In this document: positions 21,223 to 31,679 of the stretch, one piece after another | How the letters are laid out: each line of letters opens with the position of its first letter | Numbering within the stretch: the first letter of the stretch is position 1 | Virus record (IMG/VR): IMGVR_UViG_3300014204_000111 | Coordinates: 64,001-128,000 of that record | DNA: 64,000 nucleotides | Direction: 5' to 3' (one strand) | Origin: a virus | Lineage: Duplodnaviria; Caudoviricetes | Program-made: the position numbers and the translations under genes | The notes under the pieces: generated by a model | Database searches by the model: none | Told to the model about the DNA's origin: nothing | The model's input: the letters and a program-made list of their open reading frames with translations, nothing else

Positions 21223-21840
21223 TTACTTTTTAATTGGAATCGGTTCTTTTAAATTATGATGGACTTCCCAATGACAGTTAGGACAAACTAGCATTAAGTT
21301 AGTAGGAGAATTGACAACAGAAAGTAATTCGTTGATATCGAATTCTGGAATAGGTTTAATATGATGAATTTCAACATAATTAGAATATCCACAACAAGAA
21401 CAGACCATTGGAAGTTGCATTTTTTTAATTAATACTCTTGCTAATTCTCTTATTCTAGCATTTTTATTTTTGCTAGTAAGAACCTCTGAGATGGTTATAT
21501 CTTGTTTATTTATTATGGCTATTTTATGCGGTCTACATTCTGGACAATATTTTCTATTAGACCTGATTGGAGTATCACAAATAAAACACCTACCTTCTAA
21601 TGGACGAACACCCGTTGTTCTAGTTAAATTGGTATGAGTACCAGAACAAGATTGAGAACAAAATTTTTGTCTATTATCTGTTGCAATAAAATGTTTATTA
21701 CATTGTAAGCAATATTTATCTGGGATTGCTTTCCATAATTTATAGCAATCAGAAGAACAAAAATGATGGGTATATTTATTTGCATCTGAAGGTTTTCTTT
21801 CAAAAGTTTTTTGACATTGGGTGCAAGTGAGTTGTATCAT
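21223..21840 (-). CDS. HNH endonuclease with Cys-rich N-terminal repeats
   Basis: FCSSDC/FCSQSC repeats; CSCCG...EIHHIKP...NLMLVCPNCHWEVH; probable start 21840, just after a GGGTAAAA box. Confidence 0.9.
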   Translation of the reverse strand: MIQLTCTQCQKTFERKPSDANKYTHHFCSSDCYKLWKAIPDKYCLQCNKHFIATDNRQKFCSQSCSGTHTNLTRTTGVRPLEGRCFICDTPIRSNRKYCPECRPHKIAIINKQDITISEVLTSKNKNARIRELARVLIKKMQLPMVCSCCGYSNYVEIHHIKPIPEFDINELLSVVNSPTNLMLVCPNCHWEVHHNLKEPIPIKK

Positions 21841-22748
21841 AGTAATAGTATTTTTACCCATATTTTAAGTTCGAACCCCATCCGCGCTGCTTTATTTTTT
21901 AATAGAAACTATCTTTTAAATTAAAGGAACCATTAATGTTTGTAGCAGATTATATTTATAGATATGTACATGATGAACAACCTGATGCTTGTTATGATTT
22001 GGGAAGAGCATTTATCAATATTGTTAATTGTATTGAAGCAGATGAAGGGTTTTATTCTGATGGACAAGAATTTCATAGAATTAGACCTCAATTTAGGGAT
22101 AATTATCCAAAATATTTCTTAACTGGCAATAATGTTGCTATGGAAATTAGAAATGACCGTGCTGATGGTAGAACACTTATTGCCTATTTTACGAGAGAAA
22201 GAGTTTGGGATATGAGAGATGACTTAATTTTAGATGAAAAAGGATTTCTTTTAAAAATTATTAAATATTATGATTAAGTGGAGAATAAAATGATTTATGT
22301 GTATATTGATGAAGATTCTGGACGTTTAGCTATTCAGAAAGGTAAAAAACTTAAGAGAGATGAAACAAATGTATATTGGTCTCCAGAAGTAAAGAGTAGC
22401 GGAAATGCTAAATGGAAGTATGACGAAACGAATTTTGAAGAATGGATTGCTGGTCTAGTTGAATTTTTAAATGAATAGTTTTAATAAGTTCTTATTGATA
22501 ATTGTCGATACATTTATCTATCATGGTAATTTTAAATTTTTATCATTATCGGAATATTTAGAATATCTAAAAAAAGGAGGTTAATATGCGAATTTTTATT
22601 GTTTGTCTTGTGGCTCTTTTCTGTCTTGGCTCTTTAGTTGCCTGTAATACCAAGAATGTTGGTAACGAAGGAACTACAGCGGCCACGAATTAAATAGTAA
22701 TGAAGAGAGAAATCTCATTTCTATTCTAAAGTATATATTATCCATCAA

Positions 22749-22821
22749 TCCGACGTAGTGTAAAAGCTTAGCACATCAAGTTGTGGACTTGGGAGAGTGG
22801 GAGCGTTACCCACCGTTGGTA
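22749..22821 (+). tRNA. tRNA-His(GUG)
   Basis: TCAAG-TTGTGGA-CTTGG; atypical T loop; no encoded G-1. Confidence 0.75.
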
Positions 22822-22827
22822 ATTTAT

Positions 22828-22904
22828 GCTCGCGTAGTTTAATTGGATAAAATTCGGAGTTGTGTCCTCCTGAGATTTCAGTTCGAATCTGAACGCTTGT
22901 ACCA
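22828..22904 (+). tRNA. Degenerate tRNA with GUG anticodon (second His or pseudogene)
   Basis: Good D and T arms and ACCA end, but mismatched acceptor stem and bulged anticodon stem. Confidence 0.6.
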
Positions 22905-22906
22905 TT

Positions 22907-23314
22907 TTGAGGAAACAAATGATTATTAGAAGATTTACATATGAAGATAATCTAGATAGATTAGTTATTGCAAGAGATGATAAAGATTGGAAGATGGCAG
23001 ATAAAATTAAAAATTATCTTCTCTCTTTATCTTTCAAGATTATGATTTATCCAGATGGTGCTATAGTAATGCACAAAACAATAAAGGGGCAAGGAATTAT
23101 TATCCAGAGGGAAGTTGGCGGAATATTCAAGTGTTCTAATGAATTTCCAGAAGCCAGAGAACTTTACTACAATAAAGCGTTAAATAAATATATATATGTT
23201 CCTCTTGATGTAATAAAAGCGAAGGAAAAAATTAATCTCTTAAAAAGAGATTTAATGTTACATGAATGGATAGAAATTTTCCATAATACACCTACTCATA
23301 TAAATAGGCTATGA
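22907..23314 (+). CDS. Protein with a CysRS C-terminal-like motif
   Basis: ARDDKDWKMADKIKNYL resembles the CysRS 'AR..KDW..AD.IR..L' helix pair. Confidence 0.55.
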   Translation: MRKQMIIRRFTYEDNLDRLVIARDDKDWKMADKIKNYLLSLSFKIMIYPDGAIVMHKTIKGQGIIIQREVGGIFKCSNEFPEARELYYNKALNKYIYVPLDVIKAKEKINLLKRDLMLHEWIEIFHNTPTHINRL

Positions 23315-23725
23315 CACTAACTAATTTTTTAAATTTGATTGTATATTCTCTCTGTAAGACAGAAAATATTATGACAAATAATAGCATTGGACTTGAGGAT
23401 AAAATTATTCGAATGAAAGTAATAAATAAGAAAATGTTGACCTCTTTATCTATAAGATTGAAAGAATTAAAATATGGCTATGACAAAATATTCAGGTAAT
23501 TGAGGTCATAATATGAAATTAACTAATTTTTTAAATTTAATTCTATATTCGTTATGTTTTAATGATAAGTATTATCAAAATTCCTTAACTAGCAAAATTA
23601 CGTCGATTAAATTTTTAGATAAAAAGATACTTTGGTCTACAGAACAATCATTAAAAATGAAAAAATTGGAAAAATTAAATTATCATTAAACTGTTTTGAA
23701 AACGCTCTACGGGGTATAATTATAC

Positions 23726-23899
23726 ACCAGGAGATGCTCATAGGGTAAATGGGCGATGGAGTTTCTAAGCGGTCAAGAGGTAATAGATAGACACGAAGCG
23801 GCTTCCAGTTGTTTTGTGAACTTTTGATAGTCGGTAGAGACTCTTTGATTATCTCTGTAATCTTAAATCAAAAGAATGGTTCGAATCCTTCCCCTGGTA
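23726..23899 (+). ncRNA. Expanded tRNA-like RNA; anticodon loop replaced by a long hairpin
   Basis: ACCAGG/CCTGGT acceptor, GCTC/GGGC D stem, GAGTTTCTA/TAGAGACTC extended stem, TTTGATT/AATCAAA arm, GGTTCGAATCC T loop; own promoter. Confidence 0.7.
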
Positions 23900-24070
23900 T
23901 TTTTATGAATATATTAAAAGAATACTCATTTTTAATTACAAGAATAATGTGGTCTATTGTTTGTAATAGACATACACACCCAAGAATACGTTATTTTATG
24001 CGTGATAATCCTGCAAGTGTGCATAAAAATTGGGTTTTACTTAAAAGAATATTCTCCCAAATAATAAGGG

Positions 24071-25081
24071 ATGTACAGGAGTATCGTGATGATTAATAGA
24101 TTTCCTCATATTGCTAGATTGGGGTCAAGAGAAAGTGAAGGAGTTTTTGACTCTGATGTACAAATAACCGAAAAAATCGACGGCTCTACGTTTGCTTTTG
24201 GTAAACTTCATGGTAAAGTTCGTATGAGAACTAATTCTCAAGAGATTCAATTAGGACAACATCCTGAAATGTTTCGTAACGCTGTTATGGTTGTTCAAGA
24301 ATTGAAAGATAGACTTCCTGAAGATGTTATCTTCTATGGAGAGTATCTTCGTAAGAATCGTCACAATGCTTTAACTTATGGTCGTATCCCTAAGAACCAT
24401 ATTATGATTTTCGGTATTCTCGCTAATGGTGAATGGATTACTGATTATAATAAAATGGCTGCTTATGCTGAATCTTTTGGTTTTGAGTCTGTTCCTCTAT
24501 TATTTCAAGGAAAAGTTACATCTTTTAAAGATATTGAGCCTTTGTTAGAAGGTGAAAGTATTCTTGGTGGAAGGATGGAAGGTGTTGTTATCAAGAACTT
24601 TGCTCAAACCATGCATTATAAAGATAAAGAGCAATTGCAGTTTATCAAGTTTGTTAACGATAGTTTTAAAGAAGTCCGTCACATTTCCAAAGATGCAAAG
24701 CAAATTGGACGTTTGGGTGAAACTCTACAAACTAAAAGCAACCTAGATGGTTTGCAATTGGATTTAGATATTCTGACTCAGGCATTTGTGACGGACGCTC
24801 GTTGTCATAAAACTATTCAGCATCTTCATGAAGATGGAAAGTTAAAACTTGATTATTGTGATTTTCCAGTGTTAATGAAAGAATTGGCTTCTGATTTTAT
24901 TTCTGAAGAGAAACTTTCTTGTATTGAAGAGCTAAAGAAATTATTGGTTGGTCGTTGTGATGAAAGACTCATTGACCAATCGGCAGATAATTTGTGGAAA
25001 CAGATTTTTTCTAAGCAAGTTTGTAAAGCTCTTCAACATAAAATGACTGGTATTTATAAAGCTTGGCTGCTGGAGAGATAA
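24071..25081 (+). CDS. Rnl2-family ATP-dependent RNA ligase
   Basis: TEKIDGS (motif I), FYGEY, IFGI, VPLLFQG, EGVVIK, FIKFV; start probably 24086 or 24089. Confidence 0.85.
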   Translation: MYRSIVMINRFPHIARLGSRESEGVFDSDVQITEKIDGSTFAFGKLHGKVRMRTNSQEIQLGQHPEMFRNAVMVVQELKDRLPEDVIFYGEYLRKNRHNALTYGRIPKNHIMIFGILANGEWITDYNKMAAYAESFGFESVPLLFQGKVTSFKDIEPLLEGESILGGRMEGVVIKNFAQTMHYKDKEQLQFIKFVNDSFKEVRHISKDAKQIGRLGETLQTKSNLDGLQLDLDILTQAFVTDARCHKTIQHLHEDGKLKLDYCDFPVLMKELASDFISEEKLSCIEELKKLLVGRCDERLIDQSADNLWKQIFSKQVCKALQHKMTGIYKAWLLER

Positions 25082-25083
25082 TT

Positions 25084-26100
25084 ATGAATATTCAAGAAAT
25101 ACAAGAGAATGCAAAAGAATATATTAAGGAAGTTATTGAGGTTCCAACAGGCCACATTTTGATTATTCAAGGTGAACACGGCCTGTTGGAATGTTTGTCT
25201 CTTTCTGATTATGGAAAAGAAAAGAATGTTAAAGCATCTTTTCTTGGATTAGAGAATGATATTAATGGCGTTATTCACGGAGAGATGTTACCATTAGAAG
25301 ATAAATGGGTAATTACTATTTCTTCTCAATATGGTTGCTCAATGGGATGTAAATTCTGTGATGTTCCTAAAGTTGGCCCAGGACGTAATGCAACAGAAAC
25401 AGATATTCTTCGTCAATTCTTTGCGGTAATGTCTCTTCATCCTGAAGTAAAGAGTTCAAGAATTAATCTACATTATGCTAGAATGGGAGAGCCTTCATTT
25501 AATCATACGAATGTAATAAAGTCAGCTTGTAAACTGTCTCTCTGGTTTAAAAAAACTAATTATCAGTTTCATCCAGTTGTTTCCACTATGATGCCTAAAA
25601 ATAATACTTATCTACGTAATTTCTTATATAATTGGATGCAGTTTAAAGAAGATAATGATGGTGAAGCGGGACTTCAATTAAGTATTAACTCTACTGATAG
25701 AGAACAAAGAAAGAATATTTTTGGTGGAACAGCATCAAATTTAGATTCAATTAGCTCTTTAGTTGAATTTTTACCTGTTTCTCGTCGAAAGATTGCTCTT
25801 AATTTTGCTCTATGTTCTGATTCTATTATTGATGCAAAAGAGTTAAAGAGGCTCTTTAGTCCTGATAAGTTTATGTGCAAAATTACACCAATGCATGAAA
25901 CAAAAGCTTGTGAAGTAAACAATCTCCATACTCCAGAAGGATATAGCTCATTTGTTTCTTATAAGCCTATTGAAGAGGCTCTAAAAGCAGAAGGGTTTGA
26001 TGTTATTGTCTTTGTTCCTTCTCTTGAGGAAGATAAAGGAAGAATTACTTGTGGTAACGCTATTCTAAGTGATGAAAGATTTAAGGAGATAAATAAATGA
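25084..26100 (+). CDS. RlmN/Cfr-like radical SAM RNA methyltransferase
   Basis: ISSQYGCSMGCKFC, MGEP, LQLSINS and C-terminal TCG motifs. Confidence 0.85.
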   Translation: MNIQEIQENAKEYIKEVIEVPTGHILIIQGEHGLLECLSLSDYGKEKNVKASFLGLENDINGVIHGEMLPLEDKWVITISSQYGCSMGCKFCDVPKVGPGRNATETDILRQFFAVMSLHPEVKSSRINLHYARMGEPSFNHTNVIKSACKLSLWFKKTNYQFHPVVSTMMPKNNTYLRNFLYNWMQFKEDNDGEAGLQLSINSTDREQRKNIFGGTASNLDSISSLVEFLPVSRRKIALNFALCSDSIIDAKELKRLFSPDKFMCKITPMHETKACEVNNLHTPEGYSSFVSYKPIEEALKAEGFDVIVFVPSLEEDKGRITCGNAILSDERFKEINK

Positions 26101-26630
26101 TACCACTATGGGCTATTTGGATTGTTTGTATTAGCTTAATTTTGTTAACAGCAAGAATTTGGCTCCCTATTTTAATTGTTGTTTTTACTCTTTTTGTATC
26201 AGTGATAGCTATAATAATGCAATTGATAGGAGACGCATTTCAGTGGTGGGCTGATTTATTTAAATAATGTTAAGACAATTTATCATTAAAATAGTATATG
26301 TTGTCTATTGGAAGAATACATTGTCCCATAGAGATATACCAGGAGATATATTTTTTAGGTATAAATGTTATAAATATGCTAAAACTACGTCTGGTTTTTT
26401 TAGCGCTGCACAAACATCCTCTGGATTTAAGAAGTTAAAAAACAAGGTATTGCATGGATAAATTTTTAAAATCGATTTTTTCTATTTTTAGAAAAAATCA
26501 TAGACTATTGTTACTCTATAATTATGTAAGTTTGAAAAATTCTTTTGATGATAGGATTTTTTGGGCTAAAAGAAACAGGGATATGTGAATCCTGTTTAGA
26601 ATCGTGTGGGTTGGGTATAATATAAAACAA

Positions 26631-26705
26631 GGGAAGATAGCTCAATTAGTAGAGTGCTAGATTGAAACTTTGGTGACATTGGTGCAATTCCATTTCTTCC
26701 CACCA
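26631..26705 (+). tRNA. tRNA-Phe(GAA)
   Basis: GGGAAGA/TCTTCCC-ACCA; loop TTGAAAC. Confidence 0.88.
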
Positions 26706-26712
26706 TAATTTC

Positions 26713-26790
26713 GGGCCTATAGCTCAGTTGGTTTAGAGCAGCAAACTCATAATTTGTTGGTGGTAGGTTCGAGTCCTATTAGGCCCACCA
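26713..26790 (+). tRNA. tRNA(CAU), probably Ile2 (lysidine type)
   Basis: GGGCCTA acceptor typical of Ile2; loop CTCATAA. Confidence 0.85.
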
Positions 26791-27046
26791 CTTAATTTTA
26801 GGAGAAATATATGAAGAGAGAAATTTGGATGGCAAGCAAGGCGTTGAAAGGTGCGATTGAAACTCTTAATGCTTTATTTTGTTCAAGTGATAAAGAGAAA
26901 CAAATCAGCAAAAAACAAAAGAATCAATTGGTCAATTTGTTATGCGAGGACTTATCTCAAATGATGTTAGAAGATGCTTATGATATTATCAAAGAAGCTC
27001 TTAAGCAGAAGACTATTCAGACAGGTCATTAATATATCGTGGGAGA

Positions 27047-27826
27047 TTAAAGAGAGAATCTATCTTGTATATCTCTAATTGTTAGAGGTATTATTCCTGG
27101 GGAATGGTCTAGTTCCCAATGACAATTAGGACATAAGATAGTTAGGTTTTCAAGAGCATTAACTTCTGATATTTTAGCATCTTTTGGAAACGAAGAGACA
27201 GATTTGATATGGCATATTTCTACGTGCTTACCATATCCACAATTTGAACATTTCATATCTTGAACTTTGACATTAAATATAAAGAGGATAATTCTTTTAG
27301 CGTGTTCTCTAATTCTAGAAAAGACGTTTGTAGAATATTTAGACTTATGAATAACTGCCTCTAAAGTTATATCTCCAAAATCATTATTAGGTAAAGGAAT
27401 ATGTTTTGTATTTTCTCCAAAACAAGCAGGGGTAGTTGGAATTCTAGAAGAATAATATTTTTTTCTACATTTTGGACAATATTTGTTACTTCTAGGGATT
27501 GATTCTCCACATTCAATACATTGTCCTAAAGGTTGCATTCTTTTTCGTGGAGTATGAGCGTTATTATAAATTGCTCCACAAGTTTGTGAACAGAATGTGT
27601 TGGTTATTTTAGTTAAACTAGAAATTGTTCTAATAATTTCTGTGCCACATTGTTTACAATGTGTTCTTATATTTTCTTTTTGAGAAGCATCTATAAAACA
27701 TTGCATTGTACAATAGTTATTATCACCAAGGTCTTTTCGATATTTGATAAATTCAATATCGCAATGGTCACATTTGACTAGAATGGTTTTATCCGTTAGT
27801 TTTAAAGGTTTACGTGTTCTTTGCAT
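27047..27826 (-). CDS. HNH endonuclease related to 21223-21840
   Basis: Cys-rich repeats; RIREHA..CSNCGY...EICHIK...NLTILCPNCHWELDH. Confidence 0.9.
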   Translation of the reverse strand: MQRTRKPLKLTDKTILVKCDHCDIEFIKYRKDLGDNNYCTMQCFIDASQKENIRTHCKQCGTEIIRTISSLTKITNTFCSQTCGAIYNNAHTPRKRMQPLGQCIECGESIPRSNKYCPKCRKKYYSSRIPTTPACFGENTKHIPLPNNDFGDITLEAVIHKSKYSTNVFSRIREHAKRIILFIFNVKVQDMKCSNCGYGKHVEICHIKSVSSFPKDAKISEVNALENLTILCPNCHWELDHSPGIIPLTIRDIQDRFSL

Positions 27827-27919
27827 AGTATACTACTTTACCCATTTTTTACAGGTTCAAATCGTGAATATCTGATAGTTGTTTGAGATGTCACTGACAA
27901 GGGTATGATATTACATCAA

Positions 27920-27995
27920 CCGCAGAGGGAAGGCTCAGTTTAGCCTCGAAATTCTTATAAAATTTTATACTTTCGTGCAACTCGAAATCTGCGGA
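27920..27995 (+). tRNA. tRNA-Ile(UAU)
   Basis: CCGCAGA/TCTGCGG-A; AAATT-CTTATAA-AATTT; T arm TTTCG-TGCAACT-CGAAA. Confidence 0.78.
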
Positions 27996-28344
27996 CTTAA
28001 TTTAAATATAACCTTGAAGGAATATAATATGAGTAAAGTGGAGAACTAAAGGTTTCAATAAATAGTTAATAAACCCAGTAAGTGTTAATGATTTCTTTAA
28101 CAAACATAGTGAATTTAACAAAAATATAAGTAATAATATTATGGAGAAAATAGATAAACAATATAAACCATTGAAAGATATGATAACTAAGTCAATAAAA
28201 GAAAATCAGACACTTACTAATATGGGTTTATGAAGTTTAATTTAGGAGTATCAATGCTTATTTTATGGTTTAGTATTGGATTTATAATTGGAGTGATTGT
28301 TGGCGGAGCATTTGTTGTAGGTGTGTTAGAAGGATTTTAAATAA

Positions 28345-28429
28345 GGTAGGATATGCAAACTGGTTAAGCGGCATATCTGATAAGTATGTGGAGCAATCCG
28401 TGTTGGTTCGAATCCAACTCCTACCACCA
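28345..28429 (+). tRNA. tRNA with GAU (Ile) anticodon on a class II (long variable arm) body
   Basis: CATAT-CTGATAA-GTATG; variable arm GGA-GCAA-TCC; Leu/Tyr-type D arm; ACCA end. Confidence 0.88.
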
Positions 28430-29275
28430 TTAAATATAAAGAGAGAAAGAAATGACACTAAATCGTTTTAAAGATAAATTATTTATATGGTATTCCATGA
28501 ATTTTTCTGTAGGTTGGTGGATTTTAAAAAAAGAAAACCATAAAGGTTTATTAGATTCTAAACGAAAGTTTATAACTAGATGGGGAATGGGCTGTTATAT
28601 GCCAAAAAAATCATTAGTTATTGTTTTTCATGTTCCACGATTTAAGCCATATAAAACTAAGTTCCAAGCAGAGGAAGTTATTTCAGATTTTCTTCATGCA
28701 ATAAATAAGGATAAAGTAGGTTAATAGAATGACAAAAAGAGATTGGCTGTGGGTTCTATTTTGGTTAGGATTTTTAACTAGTGGATTAACATGGATAGCA
28801 GGATGTATCGTCTATATATACAGTGAAGAGCAAAAGACATTTGGCTTGTTGTTGTTTGGATTCTTTTAGTTAATCCTAAGAATCCAGAAGAGGTTAAGCC
28901 TGTATATGTTGAAGCAAGAGTTATTGTAAGTCCGTTTAAACTAGAGTAATAGGTTATAATAATGAAAAAAGAAGATGTTAAAAAACTTTTAGATAAGCAA
29001 ACAACATATTCTTCTGAAGAAGGCTTCCTTGTAGCAGAAGAGAGCGCGAAAGAGAGCGCTCTCTCTATGGTATTATCTTTAACGACCACAATAGAGCCTT
29101 ATTTTGATACCACTCTAGATAATGGAGTTGATATATATTACGATACTAATAACAATGAATTACAAATTCATTGTCCTCCTCTTGGTTCTTCAAATTTTTA
29201 TTGTTTTACTAATATCAATGGTAAACGTAAATTAACTAGAAACCCTTCTCATGAAGAACTGGTTGAATTTTTAAT

Positions 29276-29341
29276 GCTTCTGTAGTACAAAAGATAGTAT
29301 ATTGGTCTACGAAACCGAAGATGCAATTTCTTTCAGAAGCT
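29276..29341 (+). pseudogene. tRNA-Arg(ACG) with a deletion in the variable region/T stem
   Basis: GCTTCTG/CAGAAGC acceptor; TTGGT-CTACGAA-ACCGA; only 66 nt. Confidence 0.72.
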
Positions 29342-29363
29342 CTTTATATTTTAGGAGTTAATT

Positions 29364-29672
29364 ATGACCAAAATGTATAAATGTATTGACTGCGGAGTTG
29401 ATACACAGAAGATTGATGAATATTACATTGTTCACAATTGGGTATGGAATGAAGCAATGCCAATGACTCCAATAAATGCTATTTATATTGAGGATGGGAA
29501 AGTAAAAACAGATGTTCTTTTAAGACAAGGGAAAGGAATGCTTTGTATTGGTTGTCTTGAGAGAAGACTCAGACGTAAGTTAACTAAGAAAGATTTCCTA
29601 GATTGTCCTGTTAATACAGATAATAAAAGATGGCCTAAGAGCAAAAGATTAAGAAAGAGGATGAAGAGATGA
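29364..29672 (+). CDS. Zn-binding hypothetical phage protein
   Basis: CIDC...EYYIVHNWVW...LCIGCLERRLRRKL. Confidence 0.65.
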   Translation: MTKMYKCIDCGVDTQKIDEYYIVHNWVWNEAMPMTPINAIYIEDGKVKTDVLLRQGKGMLCIGCLERRLRRKLTKKDFLDCPVNTDNKRWPKSKRLRKRMKR

Positions 29673-30269
29673 TTTCACCTTTTAGACATGAAATTGGTAG
29701 AAGTAGAATTTACAGTCAAGAGCAAAGTCCTAGAGTTTTTGAAGTTTGGATTGAATTAGAAGATGGAAGTCAATATCCTTATAGAGGTAACTACAGTAAA
29801 CCTGTTAGCAAACCATATAGAGATAGATGGCTTAAAAACGAACAAGAAGGGTATGACGGATTGAATCCTAGAAAGTTAAATTCAAAACCTAAAAGAATAT
29901 TTATTTTAGAAGTTTGGTTAGAAGTCGTCGAGGTACGTGAAATATGATTGATATACTTGTTTATCATTATTTTGATGATTCTATCTTTGTGGTAGATTTC
30001 TATCGTTAAATAAAGAGAAGTTGTTTGAGCCGTTTCGTTCTGGGTATAATAAGTCAGTGCGAAATAAATATACAGGTATAAATAAATGACATATAAAGAG
30101 GCAAGAGAAAAGCAAGATTTATTGTTTGCTACATATCCTTATCTTCCAGTTAAGATGTGGCAAAATAATAAGGGAGAATGGATTTTATCTATTGAGGAAA
30201 ACCTTGTTACATCACAGAATGTAGATTCTTATTTATATTTACAAGAAACAAAGAGTTGGGGATAAAGAA

Positions 30270-30551
30270 ATGTTAAAACTTAGATTATGGTTAGATGATG
30301 TTCGTCCTGCTCCAATCCTAGATAGTTGGATGGTAGCAAAGAATTATCAAGAGGCAATTACTTTAATTGATAAATATACGTTCTTTCTTTGCTCTTTAGA
30401 CCATGATTTAGGTGAAGAGAAAGATGGTGCTGATGTTTTACAGTATATGATAGATAATGATAAGGTTCCTGAATTGGTATTGATTCATTCTAAGAATCCT
30501 GTTGGAGTTGCAGAAATGAATAGAATGCTAAATCGTTATTGGGATAAATAA
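30270..30551 (+). CDS. Cyclic-phosphate-processing receiver-like domain protein
   Basis: LWLDDVRPAP...SLDHDLG...HSKNPVG. Confidence 0.8.
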   Translation: MLKLRLWLDDVRPAPILDSWMVAKNYQEAITLIDKYTFFLCSLDHDLGEEKDGADVLQYMIDNDKVPELVLIHSKNPVGVAEMNRMLNRYWDK

Positions 30552-30845
30552 ATGGATATTAAACAAACTCTTATTGCAATGCTTGATTTAAAAGATAAAA
30601 TAGACAAAAGAAAAGATATTTTATGTCAACGTATATCTCCGTCTATATTATATACATATCTTCTTTATAATAAAGATAAAGAGTATGCTGATTTGCTAAA
30701 TCAATTTAATCAGTTAAGAATTGATTTAGCTCATTCTTTAGAAAACTCATATGAAAGTATGGGCGATTTATTAGATTATGTAAAAAGTTCGATAGATTCT
30801 AAGTAAAGCCGTGTTTGAGACTCTTCATCTTGGGTATAATAACAT

Positions 30846-30951
30846 GCGAGACAAAACTGACGGCTATGACGCACACCGCAATCATGGTTGATAACCTAAT
30901 AAATCTATGACTTGGCTCCGTTGATAGAAATGGAGAAGTAGCGTTTCTCGT
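30846..30951 (+). ncRNA. Unidentified promoter-proximal structured RNA
   Basis: Starts just after the -10 box at 30832; GCGAGA/TCTCGT closing stem, hairpins CGGCTATGA/TCATGGTTG and CTCCGTT/AATGGAG. Confidence 0.55.
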
Positions 30952-30961
30952 TCTATAATAT

Positions 30962-31036
30962 GTCCCCGTGGTGTAAAGAATAGCATACGACTCTTCTAAA
31001 GTCTTGGATAAGGTTTGATTCCTTACGGGGATACCA
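30962..31036 (+). tRNA. tRNA-Arg(UCU)
   Basis: GTCCCCG/CGGGGAT-ACCA; loop CTTCTAA. Confidence 0.9.
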
Positions 31037-31068
31037 TTTTAAATCATTTTGTAAATATAAATAATTAT

Positions 31069-31148
31069 GGAAGCAAAGCTCATTTGGATTGAGCATTCGA
31101 CTTTTAATCGAAAGGTAGGTTTGGGTTCGAATCCCCCTGCTTCCACCA
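31069..31148 (+). tRNA. tRNA-Lys(UUU)
   Basis: TTCGA-CTTTTAA-TCGAA; ACCA end. Confidence 0.88.
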
Positions 31149-31163
31149 AATTAACTATTATAT

Positions 31164-31237
31164 GGGTCGTTAATTCAACGGTAGAATAAGTGACTTTTAA
31201 TCATTCTATGAAGGTTCGATTCCTTCACGACCCACCA
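31164..31237 (+). tRNA. tRNA-Lys(UUU), second divergent copy
   Basis: GGGTCGT/ACGACCC-ACCA; loop CTTTTAA. Confidence 0.92.
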
Positions 31238-31679
31238 ATTTTAACTATGAAAGATACATCAAAGACAATACTTATCTATATATATTTGGCAATACATAGA
31301 TTACATACTAGATTATATAATAAACATCGTGATTATTTATATAAATTCTCAGATGTGTGGACAGAAATAAAGAATGTCAAAACTAAAGTTTCTCTTCAAA
31401 ATAGCAAAGTATATAGATGACTTATCTTGGAACTGTATGTATCAAAAAGTCTTTATGACTAAATTATCTGAGAAATGGAAACCAATAAAAGATGCTTATG
31501 CCTATTATCAAGAAAGATTAAGAGCAAATGACTAATATATTATTCCTTACTTCTTATTATATACGATGGAATATAATAAGACTAAGACGAAAATTAGATA
31601 AGACACTTAATATTTTCCAAACGTTATATCCAAGAAGAATATATCATAATTGGGAATCAATTAAAAAGGCAATAAAAAT

